Below, one piece after another: positions 10,908-20,769 of a stretch of DNA of 64,000 nucleotides (positions are counted from its first letter, which is position 1; each line of letters begins with the position of its first letter). The position numbers and the translations under genes are program-made. Source of the stretch: Candidatus Latescibacterota bacterium (lineage in GTDB: Bacteria > Latescibacterota > UBA2968). The DNA is taken from positions 1,280,001 through 1,344,000 of the forward strand of contig OZ240241.1 of the NCBI GenBank assembly GCA_965198115.1, read 5' to 3'. The notes beneath the pieces are model-generated. The model had not been told where the DNA came from. It searched no databases and was given only the letters and a program-made list of their open reading frames with translations.

Positions 10908-12032
10908 TCAGTCTCCCGAAATCCGATACTTCTCCAATGCTTCCCGATCCAACTCGCACCCCAACCCCGGAGCCATCGGCACAACCGCGCTCCCACTATC
11001 AAACTGAATCCCCTCGACGATCAGATCGTCTTCACGCGTCCAACTCCCGACGAAGTCGCTCGGCATCACACAATTCCTTGGGACGCTCGCGGCGTGGAGA
11101 TAGGACATCTCCATAATGCCCAGATCGTTTCCGGACCCGTGCCAGATCGGAATGCCGGCAGCATCGGCAATGGCGGCGTTCTTCACGAAATTCCACATAC
11201 TTCCGCCCAGGTTGAGGATGTCCACCGCTTCCACCTTGATGGCATTGATGATGTCGTGGGGACTCCCGAGGTGGAGTGCGATGGGGATCGTCGTGGCGGC
11301 ACGGAGCTGGCAATACCAATCCAGGTTCCACTTTGCCATCGGGTCCTCGAGCACACCGACGTTGCCCACTTCCTCGAACTGTTTCGCCAGCGCGATCGCC
11401 TCGGACGGCCGATAGAACCGTTGATTCGGGTCGACCGTACACTTGAAGGACATATCGGTCGCGTTCAGGATCGCCCGGACGCGTTCGATCATTGGCTCGT
11501 CGGATGTGCATTTCATCTTCACACCGTGAAATCCACGGTCGTAGCCGAGTTTCGCATTGGTCGCCGAATCCTCCGGTGTCTGGTGGCCGATCCAGTAGTC
11601 GGCCGCCACCCGATCTCGATAGGCGCCACCCAGCAGCGCGTGGACCGGTACCCCGTGAACCTTTCCGACGATGTCAAACACGGCCATTTCGAAGGCATCG
11701 TAGCCAGCCCCGCCAGCACCCCATCCGCTCAGGCCCTCCCAGTCCCGCGTTCCCGATGCGTCACCTCGATGATGCGCAGCGTCGACAAAGACATTCTGGA
11801 GACTCAGATTCAAAGGGTCGCGACCTTCGAGTCGTTGGAATCCCTCGTGTACGGCGTCGATCGATGTCCCGCGACCCGTTTCACCCAGACCGAAAACGCC
11901 TTCGTCCGTGTGCAAGCGAATGATGTGCTTGGATACGCGGTCCCAACCGGCCGGGCCGAAGACTTCGCTATGCACGCGGCCGGGGATGGTGGGGACAACG
12001 ACCGTCCAGATGTCGATGGTGATGATTTTCAT
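10908..12032 (-). CDS. Mandelate racemase/muconate lactonising enzyme family (enolase superfamily)
   Basis: GLGET, EMAVFDIVGK, KMK catalytic motif, VDPNQ, LEDP, PGLGCELD. Confidence 0.9.
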   Translation of the reverse strand: MKIITIDIWTVVVPTIPGRVHSEVFGPAGWDRVSKHIIRLHTDEGVFGLGETGRGTSIDAVHEGFQRLEGRDPLNLSLQNVFVDAAHHRGDASGTRDWEGLSGWGAGGAGYDAFEMAVFDIVGKVHGVPVHALLGGAYRDRVAADYWIGHQTPEDSATNAKLGYDRGFHGVKMKCTSDEPMIERVRAILNATDMSFKCTVDPNQRFYRPSEAIALAKQFEEVGNVGVLEDPMAKWNLDWYCQLRAATTIPIALHLGSPHDIINAIKVEAVDILNLGGSMWNFVKNAAIADAAGIPIWHGSGNDLGIMEMSYLHAASVPRNCVMPSDFVGSWTREDDLIVEGIQFDSGSAVVPMAPGLGCELDREALEKYRISGD

Positions 12033-12130
12033 AGTCGATCTCTACGACATTCGTGATTGTGCGCCGAGGGACTGTTGGTTCGGCGAATTCTTCTCCTTAG
12101 CGCGGCGCTTTCGCTGCTCCCTTCTCGATA

Positions 12131-12177
12131 CCCGGGGCTGGCGCCCCGGGCTAAGATATCCCGCCCTTTCAGGGCGG
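12131..12177. repeat. REP-like double-hairpin repeat, copy 1
   Basis: CCCGGGGCTGGCGCCCCGGG-CTA-spacer-CCGCCCTTTCAGGGCGG. Relatives at 15121 and 35952. Confidence 0.75.
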
Positions 12178-12199
12178 AAACCTTGGCAGCCACGCAAAT

Positions 12200-12221
12200 C
12201 CCGGCCGGAGGCCGGTCCTAC
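12200..12221 (-). repeat. GTAG-type REP-like hairpin
   Basis: Minus strand GTAGGACCGGCCTCCGGCCGGG: GTAG foot followed by a GC hairpin. Confidence 0.5.
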
Positions 12222-12272
12222 CTTAGCACACCCGACAAAACCATAACCACGCCTGCTCGCCAGTTCGCATGC

Positions 12273-13211
12273 TCAGGGCGTCCACGTTTTCATCAGCTCG
12301 GCGTATTCCTTTGCCTGTTGCGCAATGTTGACACCGACCTCCTCCGACCACGCGTTCAGGACTCGCGTGTAGATCGGGCCCGGTTTGCCATCGCCTATGG
12401 TTCGGAAATCGAAACACGTAATCGGGATCATCGCGAAGGGTGTGCTCGTCGCCCACATTTCATCCGCTGTGCGCGCATCGTACGGTTCGATATCCACTTC
12501 ACGAACGGGTATCCCCAACTCGCCAGCGAAGTCCATACAGGCCTGGCGTGACACTCCCCGAAGAATATCGTGTGGTTTCGGCGTGAGAATCTCTCCGTCC
12601 TTCGCGATGAAGACGTTGCTACCGGTCCCCTCGGCGAGAAATCCGCGCTCATCCGTCATCACTGCCATCGCACCGTCTTCCAACCGCGTGGCGTGCAAAC
12701 TGGCCAACTGATAGTGCAATCGACTGCGATTCTTGGCCTTCGGGTCGATGTAACGGGCCGGGACCGTTGGTTGGGGCGTGACGACGAAATGGCCACCCTT
12801 CTCATATGTCTCCGCCAGCCCACCGACATGCCTGACCAGCGGCAACATATTGATCGACACGATCGGATCGGTTCCCTCTTTGACGAGCGTATTGTAGAGC
12901 CCGCCGGAGCCCCTTGTCACGTCGTGCATAATCTGGAAATCGAGCCCTTCCAACTCGGGCAGGTTTCGATCCACTGCCTCGTAGGTTGCCGCTTCCATCT
13001 CGTCGATCGTCAACCCGCAATCGATTTCCACGTAGTCGAGCGATGCGTAGAGACGCTCGAGGTGTTCGCGCAAACGGAACGTCTTTTGCCCGAACGAACG
13101 TGTCATTTCGAACACCATATCCCCGAACATCAGGGATGAGTCGAAGATGGATATGCGCGCTTCTATTTCCGGGATGAAGTCTCCGTTCCAGTAGACAACG
13201 CGGTTTGGCAT
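12273..13211 (-). CDS. Class IV PLP-dependent aminotransferase (branched-chain amino acid/D-Ala type)
   Basis: FGDMVFE, FRLREHLERL, AKNRSRLHY, EGTGSN, ILRGVSR. GGGAGG RBS before ATG 13211. Confidence 0.9.
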   Translation of the reverse strand: MPNRVVYWNGDFIPEIEARISIFDSSLMFGDMVFEMTRSFGQKTFRLREHLERLYASLDYVEIDCGLTIDEMEAATYEAVDRNLPELEGLDFQIMHDVTRGSGGLYNTLVKEGTDPIVSINMLPLVRHVGGLAETYEKGGHFVVTPQPTVPARYIDPKAKNRSRLHYQLASLHATRLEDGAMAVMTDERGFLAEGTGSNVFIAKDGEILTPKPHDILRGVSRQACMDFAGELGIPVREVDIEPYDARTADEMWATSTPFAMIPITCFDFRTIGDGKPGPIYTRVLNAWSEEVGVNIAQQAKEYAELMKTWTP

Positions 13212-13584
13212 TGGGTCCTCCCAATGGGTGATCAATCGGGTGTGGCACCGAAAAACAAGGGAACCACAGATGAACACAGATACACACAGATGTGAGTGTC
13301 CCGGGGATCGAGGCTCTATTCGGGAATATAGTTCGGTGCTTACGGGCTACTGTGTACGCAACATCGATGACATCCCCGCGGGCGCAGAATATGCGTCCTC
13401 CAATTACGTGGGTCCGAACACGAGCGGATCGCGATCCGCCCTACGCACCCGGGATTACTGTTTGGTCTTCGTCTACCGTCCACTGTCAACCGTTCTACCT
13501 GCTTGTTCGCAGCCAGGAGGTACATCCTGAGCCCCTCGACTTCGCTCGGGATAAACTCCGTCGAAGGGCTGCTCCTACCCGAAA

Positions 13585-15042
13585 TCAGATCGTCTGAACA
13601 TCGGGTTCGCGCATCGTTTCGATCCCGGGATGGACGTCTGCCTCGATAACACGCATCGATTTCCACTTTCCGCCTCTGAACCGCAGGTAGAAGCAGATGG
13701 CCAGGATGACGAGGTAGGCCGTCGCAAAACACCACGCTGGATAAAGTCCCATTCCATACATCGTGACGCCTACCCATACGGGAATGACCATCACGCTGAT
13801 GGACACTGCAAGGGTCACCCACATCACAAAGCGCGTATCTCCCGCTCCTTTGACGGCCGCTGAGAAAATGATATAGAGCCCGTCGAGCAAGGAATAGGCA
13901 GCCACGAAGCGCAGCAAGACCACAGTGTACGCTCGGATGGGTTCGAACAACTCTGGATCCGCCTTGACCTCGTAGGCTGCCAAAAACAGGCCCGGAGTCA
14001 GCACATAGGACGCTGCGATCAGGCCCATATAAACAAGACTGACGTGGACGGCCGACCACGTCGCTCGTTCGGCGGTCTTGGGGTCATCCTTCCCGAGATA
14101 CTGACCCACCAGAGTCGATACGGCGACACCCAGGCCTACCATCGGTAGGAACGCAAGCGTGTTGATGTTGAAGGCCACATTCGTCGCCGCCAGCTCAACC
14201 GTTCCCAGCCGACCAACGACCAGAATGAACAGAGTAAAACCACCGATCTCGACAAAAAACTGAACTCCATTGGGCGCACCATACCGAATCATCCGCCTAA
14301 AGAGCGGCCTATCCAACCGCCATCCGCTCAACGTACTGTAGGCTTCGCGATGAGGCTTCCGAAGGAACAACACCACGAACACCAGGGCTCCGACGCAGTG
14401 AGCAAGGACGGTGGCCCAGGCGGCACCCTCGATCCCCATCTCCGGAATGCCGTATGCCCCGAAGATGAAAAAATAATCCAGAACGACGTTGACGCCGGCA
14501 GCCACGAAATTCCCCCACATCACAGTTTTCGTGTCGCCGCGACCGCTGAAGAACGACGATACGGCCGGCATCACCAGACCCGGACCCCAACCGATCATCA
14601 GGATCTGAAAGTAGATCACTTCGTGAGTCTGAACGACAGGTTCGTGGCCGACCGTCTCGAAGATCCAGGGCGCCAGCGGAATCGGTACAAGCAACAGGAG
14701 ACCAGCGAGTATCGAAAAATGGATCCCTTGCCAGACAGAAGCTCCCACACGCCCGGGTCGATTCGCGCCCGTGTACTGTGCGACGAACGTGTTCACGTAG
14801 CCGGCCATCCCCAGAAAAAAAGTCCCGAGCGTGAAGCTCAGGATGCCGGCAGGGAGCGCGGCCGCGAGTGCGTCGCGATCGTACCACGTCAGGAACACCC
14901 GGTCGATGAAGTGCATCAGGCTCCACGATCCAAAGCTCAGAATCATTGGAAGCGCGAGGTTGAGCACTTCTCGATAGCCGCCTGGACCGTCCCATCGTGA
15001 CTGGGATTCCTCTTCTTCTTGCACCGACCCTCCCTGTTTCAT
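13585..15042 (-). CDS. MATE-family efflux transporter
   Basis: About 12 TM segments, FVAQYTGA, GRGDTK, MGIEGAAWAT, GAGDTR. Confidence 0.92.
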   Translation of the reverse strand: MKQGGSVQEEEESQSRWDGPGGYREVLNLALPMILSFGSWSLMHFIDRVFLTWYDRDALAAALPAGILSFTLGTFFLGMAGYVNTFVAQYTGANRPGRVGASVWQGIHFSILAGLLLLVPIPLAPWIFETVGHEPVVQTHEVIYFQILMIGWGPGLVMPAVSSFFSGRGDTKTVMWGNFVAAGVNVVLDYFFIFGAYGIPEMGIEGAAWATVLAHCVGALVFVVLFLRKPHREAYSTLSGWRLDRPLFRRMIRYGAPNGVQFFVEIGGFTLFILVVGRLGTVELAATNVAFNINTLAFLPMVGLGVAVSTLVGQYLGKDDPKTAERATWSAVHVSLVYMGLIAASYVLTPGLFLAAYEVKADPELFEPIRAYTVVLLRFVAAYSLLDGLYIIFSAAVKGAGDTRFVMWVTLAVSISVMVIPVWVGVTMYGMGLYPAWCFATAYLVILAICFYLRFRGGKWKSMRVIEADVHPGIETMREPDVQTI

Positions 15043-15120
15043 TACATCACAGAGCGCCGTGGTATCTGGTTGCCAAGTTTCTTTCCCAGTACCGGCGCTT
15101 GTTGCCTCCCCTCGCGAGAA

Positions 15121-15170
15121 CCGGGGGCTGGCGCCCCCGGCTATTTTCGGACGCCCCTACGGGGCTCACA
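15121..15170. repeat. REP-like double-hairpin repeat, copy 2
   Basis: CCGGGGGCTGGCGCCCCCGG-CTATTTTCGGAC-GCCCCTACGGGGC-TCACA. Confidence 0.75.
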
Positions 15171-15265
15171 CCTCCATCCATCTTCGTTCTCCACAACCTC
15201 TGCGTTGAAAGCCCTTCTTCGTATCTTGGTGTCGGAGCCTGTCCTGAGCGTAGGCGAAGGGTGGT

Positions 15266-16354
15266 TCAGCCTTTCGGTTCGAGCCGATGTTTGATGCCCA
15301 ATTCTTCCGCGATGTCGTTGAGATTCTTTACGTGACCCTCGTGCATCGGGATACCGCTTTCGATCCAGGCTTCTTTCTTCAGCCATTCGATCTCACCTGG
15401 GAGGTAAACGCGATCGTGGCCTTCCCGGGGTTTTGCAACTCGCACCGTCTTCCACAGTTGATCGATTTCGGCCTTGAACCTGTCGAGATCCTGGAACTGC
15501 TTGATGTCGATGGCCTGGAAGAAGTGGCTCCCCTGCTGCTGGCCGGAAAAGTCATCACCCCACCGATGCGGCGTGGCGATCCCGCAAGGCAGGACTGAAG
15601 CGAGAATGTCATTCATAATGGCCAGACCGGATCCCTTGACGGTGCCAAACGGCAGTAGGATGGCCGCTTCGTTCGGGTCGTCGGTCGGCTTGCCCTCTTT
15701 ATCGAGCACCCAGTCCATCGTGAGTTTCTTCCCGTAGAGCCGCATCGTCCCGATTCGCCCCCACGCGCTGACGCCGCTGGCCATATCGAGGACAAGAGGA
15801 CGCTCTTTCCCAGCTGGGACCGCATAAGCCACGGGATTGTTTCCGAGCATCCGCTCCGCCCCGCCCCAGGGAGCCAGGCCGGGTGAGCTGCTGGAGATCG
15901 CGATGCCGATCATATCCTCTTTCGCGGCCTGCATCGCGTAATTGAAGGCGGCCCCGAAGTGACGGCTCTGAACGACCGTCCCTATCGCAACGCCCGTCGT
16001 TTTCGCCTTCTCGATTGCCATTTCCATCGCCAGCGTGCTGCCCAGGTGTCCCATCCCGCGATCGTTGTCGACAATCGCGAACGCCCCGCCTTCCTTGGTC
16101 ACAGTGATCTCCGGGACTGGATTCGTGTGCCCGTCCATCATCCGTCGCACGTAACCGGGGGCAACGCGCGTCCCGTGCGAAGAGACACCTCGCACATCGG
16201 TCTCGACCTGCAGGTCCGCCATCAGCTGGGCGTGTTCTTCGGAAACCTTCGCCGATCGATAGACCGCCTTGACGTGCGCGTGCAGATCCGCGTGACCGAC
16301 GAGCACTTCTTGATCTCGGGGTTCCGTCCATACGGCGGGATCCAACTCTGCCAT
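15266..16354 (-). CDS. Ldh_2-family oxidoreductase (malate/L-lactate/ureidoglycolate dehydrogenase-like)
   Basis: RGVSSHG, HFGAA, GNNPVAYAVP, LDMA, KGSGLA, VYLPGE. Confidence 0.92.
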   Translation of the reverse strand: MAELDPAVWTEPRDQEVLVGHADLHAHVKAVYRSAKVSEEHAQLMADLQVETDVRGVSSHGTRVAPGYVRRMMDGHTNPVPEITVTKEGGAFAIVDNDRGMGHLGSTLAMEMAIEKAKTTGVAIGTVVQSRHFGAAFNYAMQAAKEDMIGIAISSSSPGLAPWGGAERMLGNNPVAYAVPAGKERPLVLDMASGVSAWGRIGTMRLYGKKLTMDWVLDKEGKPTDDPNEAAILLPFGTVKGSGLAIMNDILASVLPCGIATPHRWGDDFSGQQQGSHFFQAIDIKQFQDLDRFKAEIDQLWKTVRVAKPREGHDRVYLPGEIEWLKKEAWIESGIPMHEGHVKNLNDIAEELGIKHRLEPKG

Positions 16355-16495
16355 TCCAACCTCCTGCGTGGTTTGCTAAACGGTACTGGGCTGGGTATGT
16401 TCTGTCGCTCAAAACCTGAACTCGAAGGCGCGAAGACGCGAAGGAAGGATGATTCCGGCGCCTTTCACACCACAGTACTCAGGACCAAGAAGACG

Positions 16496-17869
16496 ATGGA
16501 TTACGATGTCATTGTCATAGGCGGCGGCAGTGCTGGTTATGCAGCAGCACGAACCGCCACGGAACTCGGGGCAAAAGTCGCCATCGTCGACAAGGGTCCG
16601 CTCGGCGGTCTGTGCATCCTTCGCGGGTGTATGCCCTCGAAAACGTTGCTGCGGACGTCGGACGTGATGTCCCTGATGAGACGCGCGAAGGAGTTCGGTC
16701 TCCGTGCCCAGAAGCTGGGCGTGAATATGGCGGCAATCAACGATCGCAAACGTGCTCTGATCAAGGAATTCGCCGACTACCGTGCCAGTCAGCTAAAGCA
16801 GCCTCAATACAACCTCATTCGGGGCAAAGCGCAATTCCTCGATGCTCACACGGTCAAAGTGGGACGGCGAACCTACTCTGCGAGGGCCTTCATCATCACG
16901 ACTGGGTCGGACAACGCAAAGACTCCGATCCCAGGGCTGGAGGAAGCCGGCTACATCACGAGCGACGAAGCGCTCGATTCACGAACCTTGCCCAAATCGA
17001 TGATCGTCCTCGGGGGCGGGCCCGTCGCTACGGAGCTTGGGCAGTTCTACTGTCGCCTCGGAACGAAAACAACGATGATCCAGCGGAGCCATCACATCCT
17101 CAGCGCAGGAGACGAGGATCTGGCGAGGCCCCTCGAAGACAGTCTTCGGCACGACGGAATGAAGGTCTTCACTGGAACCCGGATCACAAACGTGAGCAAA
17201 AAGAACGGGAGAACGACCGTCTCCTTCGAGCACGAAGGCCAGAATCGAAGAGCGACGGCCGACGTCCTGTTCAACGGTCTTGGACGAGCACCCGCCATCG
17301 AGGGCCTCGACATAGAGAAGGCGGGCGTGGAGCTCGAGGGGCGTCGCGTTCGAGTCGACGAGACGATGGTCACCAGCGCCCCACACATCTTCGCGGCGGG
17401 CGATGTCGTGGGAATGCACGAGATCGTCCACATCGCCATTCAGCAGGGCGAGGTGGCCGGCCACAACGCTGTTTCTCCAGACAGGAAACGCGTGGACTAC
17501 CGACTAAAGGCGGAGGTGACGTTCACCGATCCAGCCGTCGCATCGGTCGGCCGAAGCGAGAAGGAATGCCACACCGATGGCTGTCCCTATCTCGTCGCAA
17601 CTTACCCATTCGACGACCACGGCAAGTCTATGGTGATGGGTGAAACCCGAGGCTTCGTCAAGATTCTCTGTGATCCGATGTCGGGCGAGATCGTTGGAGG
17701 ACACATCGTCGGCCCAGAGGCGGGAGAGCTGATCCACGAACTGATCGCGTTCATGTACTTCAAAGGCACCGTGATGGACCTTGCCCAGATGCCGCACTAC
17801 CATCCGACCCTGTCAGAGATCTTGACCTATCCGGCAGAGGAACTCGCCGAGCAGATGGAAACGGGATAG
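16496..17869 (+). CDS. Pyridine nucleotide-disulfide oxidoreductase (dihydrolipoyl dehydrogenase/MerA-like)
   Basis: IGGGSAG, GGLCILRGCMPSK redox disulfide, AAGDV, HYHPTLSE. No MerA C-terminal CC pair. Real start ATG 16496 lies inside the longer ORF. Confidence 0.9.
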   Translation: MDYDVIVIGGGSAGYAAARTATELGAKVAIVDKGPLGGLCILRGCMPSKTLLRTSDVMSLMRRAKEFGLRAQKLGVNMAAINDRKRALIKEFADYRASQLKQPQYNLIRGKAQFLDAHTVKVGRRTYSARAFIITTGSDNAKTPIPGLEEAGYITSDEALDSRTLPKSMIVLGGGPVATELGQFYCRLGTKTTMIQRSHHILSAGDEDLARPLEDSLRHDGMKVFTGTRITNVSKKNGRTTVSFEHEGQNRRATADVLFNGLGRAPAIEGLDIEKAGVELEGRRVRVDETMVTSAPHIFAAGDVVGMHEIVHIAIQQGEVAGHNAVSPDRKRVDYRLKAEVTFTDPAVASVGRSEKECHTDGCPYLVATYPFDDHGKSMVMGETRGFVKILCDPMSGEIVGGHIVGPEAGELIHELIAFMYFKGTVMDLAQMPHYHPTLSEILTYPAEELAEQMETG

Positions 17870-17874
17870 AACCG

Positions 17875-17910
17875 AACGCCGAATGTCGAACCGACTCGAC
17901 ATTCGGCGTT
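17875..17910. terminator. Hairpin between convergent genes
   Basis: Perfect 15-bp stem AACGCCGAATGTCGA / TCGACATTCGGCGTT with a 6-nt loop. Confidence 0.6.
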
Positions 17911-17935
17911 GGTCAATTGGTGTTGGGCGTTCGGT

Positions 17936-19282
17936 TCATTTCACGGCGGTGAGTTTCCCTGCGATGTAGATGGCAACTGGCACGAAAGCCAGGGCCACGA
18001 TGAACATATTCTGATACGAGATGAGTGCGACGAGGGCGCCGGCGAAGATGGGCAGCACGCCCTGGGGCAAAACGAACGCATTCATGAAGTTGGTGTAGGT
18101 CGGACGCCGATCCTCGGGCGCAATGTCGAGGATGTAAGTCATGCGGCCGGTGTACATCCCGCTCTGGGCGAAACCCGAGAAGACGAAGGTCAAAGCGTAG
18201 TAGGCAATACGCGCGTCAAAGGGGTAGGAAAGACCCACGAGCGCCGTCGGATCCACGGCCATCCGTGGCACCCACGCTACGGTAAGGGGAACGAGGATCG
18301 ATACGCCGAGGAAGTAAGTGCCCACCGCCAGGAGGGCGTGATTTCCCTTCTTCTGCCCGATCCACGCCCAAACGACGTTCGAAGAGATCGAGCTGAACTG
18401 GGTCACCGCCACGAAGAACCCCACGAACGTCACGTCCATCTCGAGATCCTGAATGGCGAAGGGTACATAAAAGGGCGACCCCATCATCGAGAACGCCCAC
18501 AGGAACTGGAGCACGCACAGCCTCCGGTAATTCGCATCGTCCTTGAGCAATTTCACGCCGCTCCGGAGGTGAGCACCCAGAGACAACCTCCTTTCCGCGT
18601 CCTGTTTCACCGGCTCATCAATGAGGGCGAAGACTGCAACCGAGAGTCCTGTGCCCGCGCCCGAAAGGATGAACAGGAGCCCGTAGTTGTCGGGAAACAC
18701 GAGACCGCTTCGCTCACTCAGGATGTAGCCGATGGCCACACCCGCCGCCATCGACGTTATGCTCCCGGCCAGCCTACGAAAGGCGAACATCCTCGCACGA
18801 TCGGATGCGGGAACCGCCTTCCCGATGATATCCATCCACGGCACACTGGTGATGCCCATAAAGGAGGTGGCCACGGCGTAGCAGATCATGAAAACTGGCA
18901 GTAACAGATCGGGCCGATCTGTTCCCATCCACATCGTAAACACGCCGACCAACATCCAGACAAGCGTGCGGCACGTCCCCGCGTAAGCGAAGAAACGCAT
19001 CTTCCGCGGCATCGGCTCGACGATCCTCGAAATGAACACCTGAGGCCACGCCCAGCCGATGCGAATCAGGGCGCCTGCGAGTCCGACCATCACGCTCGAT
19101 GTCGTGAGCGTCTGAACGAAGGCCGGCAACACGAGGTCGGAGCTCACGAACGTCATCGCGGAGTGCATTGTTGCGCCGTTCGCGACTAGAAACCAGAAGT
19201 TGCGTCGAAGATTCTTCGCTTCCCTCTGGTGCATCACGCGATCGTGAATGGAGGGTTGAGCAGTGGTCGCCGATTCACGCAT
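17936..19282 (-). CDS. MFS transporter (paralogue A)
   Basis: About 12 TM segments, VLPAFVQTLT, WMDIIGKAVP, DIAPEDRRPTY. Confidence 0.88.
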   Translation of the reverse strand: MRESATTAQPSIHDRVMHQREAKNLRRNFWFLVANGATMHSAMTFVSSDLVLPAFVQTLTTSSVMVGLAGALIRIGWAWPQVFISRIVEPMPRKMRFFAYAGTCRTLVWMLVGVFTMWMGTDRPDLLLPVFMICYAVATSFMGITSVPWMDIIGKAVPASDRARMFAFRRLAGSITSMAAGVAIGYILSERSGLVFPDNYGLLFILSGAGTGLSVAVFALIDEPVKQDAERRLSLGAHLRSGVKLLKDDANYRRLCVLQFLWAFSMMGSPFYVPFAIQDLEMDVTFVGFFVAVTQFSSISSNVVWAWIGQKKGNHALLAVGTYFLGVSILVPLTVAWVPRMAVDPTALVGLSYPFDARIAYYALTFVFSGFAQSGMYTGRMTYILDIAPEDRRPTYTNFMNAFVLPQGVLPIFAGALVALISYQNMFIVALAFVPVAIYIAGKLTAVK

Positions 19283-20642
19283 CCCCTTCCTCCAACACCA
19301 CCGGGTCCAGTTTGCGCGATAAAACAATGGCGAAAGGCACGAACGCAGCCGAGATCAAGAACACATTCGTGTAGGAGATCAGCGCGACCAGCGCGCCGCC
19401 AAGGATGGGAAGGATGCCTTCGGGCATCATAAAGGCGTTCATGAAACTCGTGTAGGTCGGTCTTCGGTCGTTCGGGGCAATGTCGAGAATGTAGGTCATC
19501 CGCCCCGTGAACATTCCCGACCACGCGGCTCCCGAAAAAACGAACGTCAGCGCGAAATAGCCTACCCGCAAATCGAATGGATAGGTGAAACCGATCGCCG
19601 CCGTCGGATCGACCTGAACGACCGGTATCAGACCCACCGTAAGCGGTATGAGTATCGAGAAACCCAGGACATAGGACCCGAATGCGAGCAGCGCGTGATT
19701 GCCCTTCCGCTGACCGATCCACGCCCACAGCACGTTGGATGAAATCGAACTGAGCTGCATCACGATCGCGAAGAACCCCACGAACTCGGCTCCCATCTCG
19801 AGATCCGTGAGTGCGTAGGGCACGTAAAACGGGGTCCCCATAGCAGCAAAACCCCACAAAAACTGGAGCCCACAAAGCCGACGGTAATTGCGGTCCTCTT
19901 TCAGCACGCCCACACCACGTTTTACATAGTCTCGCAGCGACATCCTGTCGCCGCGAGTGGGCTGTTCGATCGGTTCCCGGATCATCGAGAACGAAGCGAC
20001 CGACAAGCCGATGCTGAGGCCGGCCAGCGTGAACAGCACGCCATAGTTGGTAGGGAATCCGAGACCACTCGCGTCCGAGAGAACATATCCGATCGATACG
20101 CCGGCGATCATCGCCACTCCTCCGCCCCCGAGACGACGCATCGCGAACACACGGGGTCGATCCCTCGCCGGGATCGCCTTCCCCATAATGTCCATCCGCG
20201 GAACGCTGGCGATCCCCATACACGCAGCAGCAAGCGCATAAAGCACGAGAAAGGACATCAGCAGGACCTTCGGATTCGACATACCGAGAAGGATGGTCAC
20301 GGCTCCGATGGCGATCCAGAAAAGGGATTGAAACGTCCCGACCGCCGAGTAGACCGGCATTTTTCGTGGCAGCGGCTCGACGATGCGCCCGATGAAGACC
20401 TGCGGAAAGGACCACCCGATCCGCATCAGAGCCCCCGTGAGACCGACGAGGATGCTCGATGTCGTCAGAGTTTGCACAAAAGCCGGCAGCACAAGGTCCG
20501 AGCTCGCGAACGTGAACCCTGCGAACATCGTGGCACCATTGGCCACGAGCAGCCAGCTGTTGCGCTTGAGCTCGCGCCCCTCCCGCTGCCGGTCCACACG
20601 CTCCTGCAGTGATGGGGTTTCTGTGATGGCTGATTCACGCAT
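19275..20642 (-). CDS. MFS transporter (paralogue B)
   Basis: Closely similar to paralogue A along its whole length. Confidence 0.88.
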   Translation of the reverse strand: MRESAITETPSLQERVDRQREGRELKRNSWLLVANGATMFAGFTFASSDLVLPAFVQTLTTSSILVGLTGALMRIGWSFPQVFIGRIVEPLPRKMPVYSAVGTFQSLFWIAIGAVTILLGMSNPKVLLMSFLVLYALAAACMGIASVPRMDIMGKAIPARDRPRVFAMRRLGGGGVAMIAGVSIGYVLSDASGLGFPTNYGVLFTLAGLSIGLSVASFSMIREPIEQPTRGDRMSLRDYVKRGVGVLKEDRNYRRLCGLQFLWGFAAMGTPFYVPYALTDLEMGAEFVGFFAIVMQLSSISSNVLWAWIGQRKGNHALLAFGSYVLGFSILIPLTVGLIPVVQVDPTAAIGFTYPFDLRVGYFALTFVFSGAAWSGMFTGRMTYILDIAPNDRRPTYTSFMNAFMMPEGILPILGGALVALISYTNVFLISAAFVPFAIVLSRKLDPVVLEEGDA

Positions 20643-20769
20643 CAGAGACGATTGTCTAGTCGTGAAAAGTAGAGTTCACCTAATAACTGGAACCGCGAAC
20701 CGGGGTTCTTCCAGCTCACGGCCGACGGTTCTCGGTTCACGGAAGTCTGCGCTCTCTGCTGTGACGGTC

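Noticed and set aside
15959-16495. N-terminal extension of the 636-aa flavoprotein ORF
   Set aside because: It overlaps the Ldh_2 gene on the opposite strand, and homology begins at MDYDVIVIGGG (16496).
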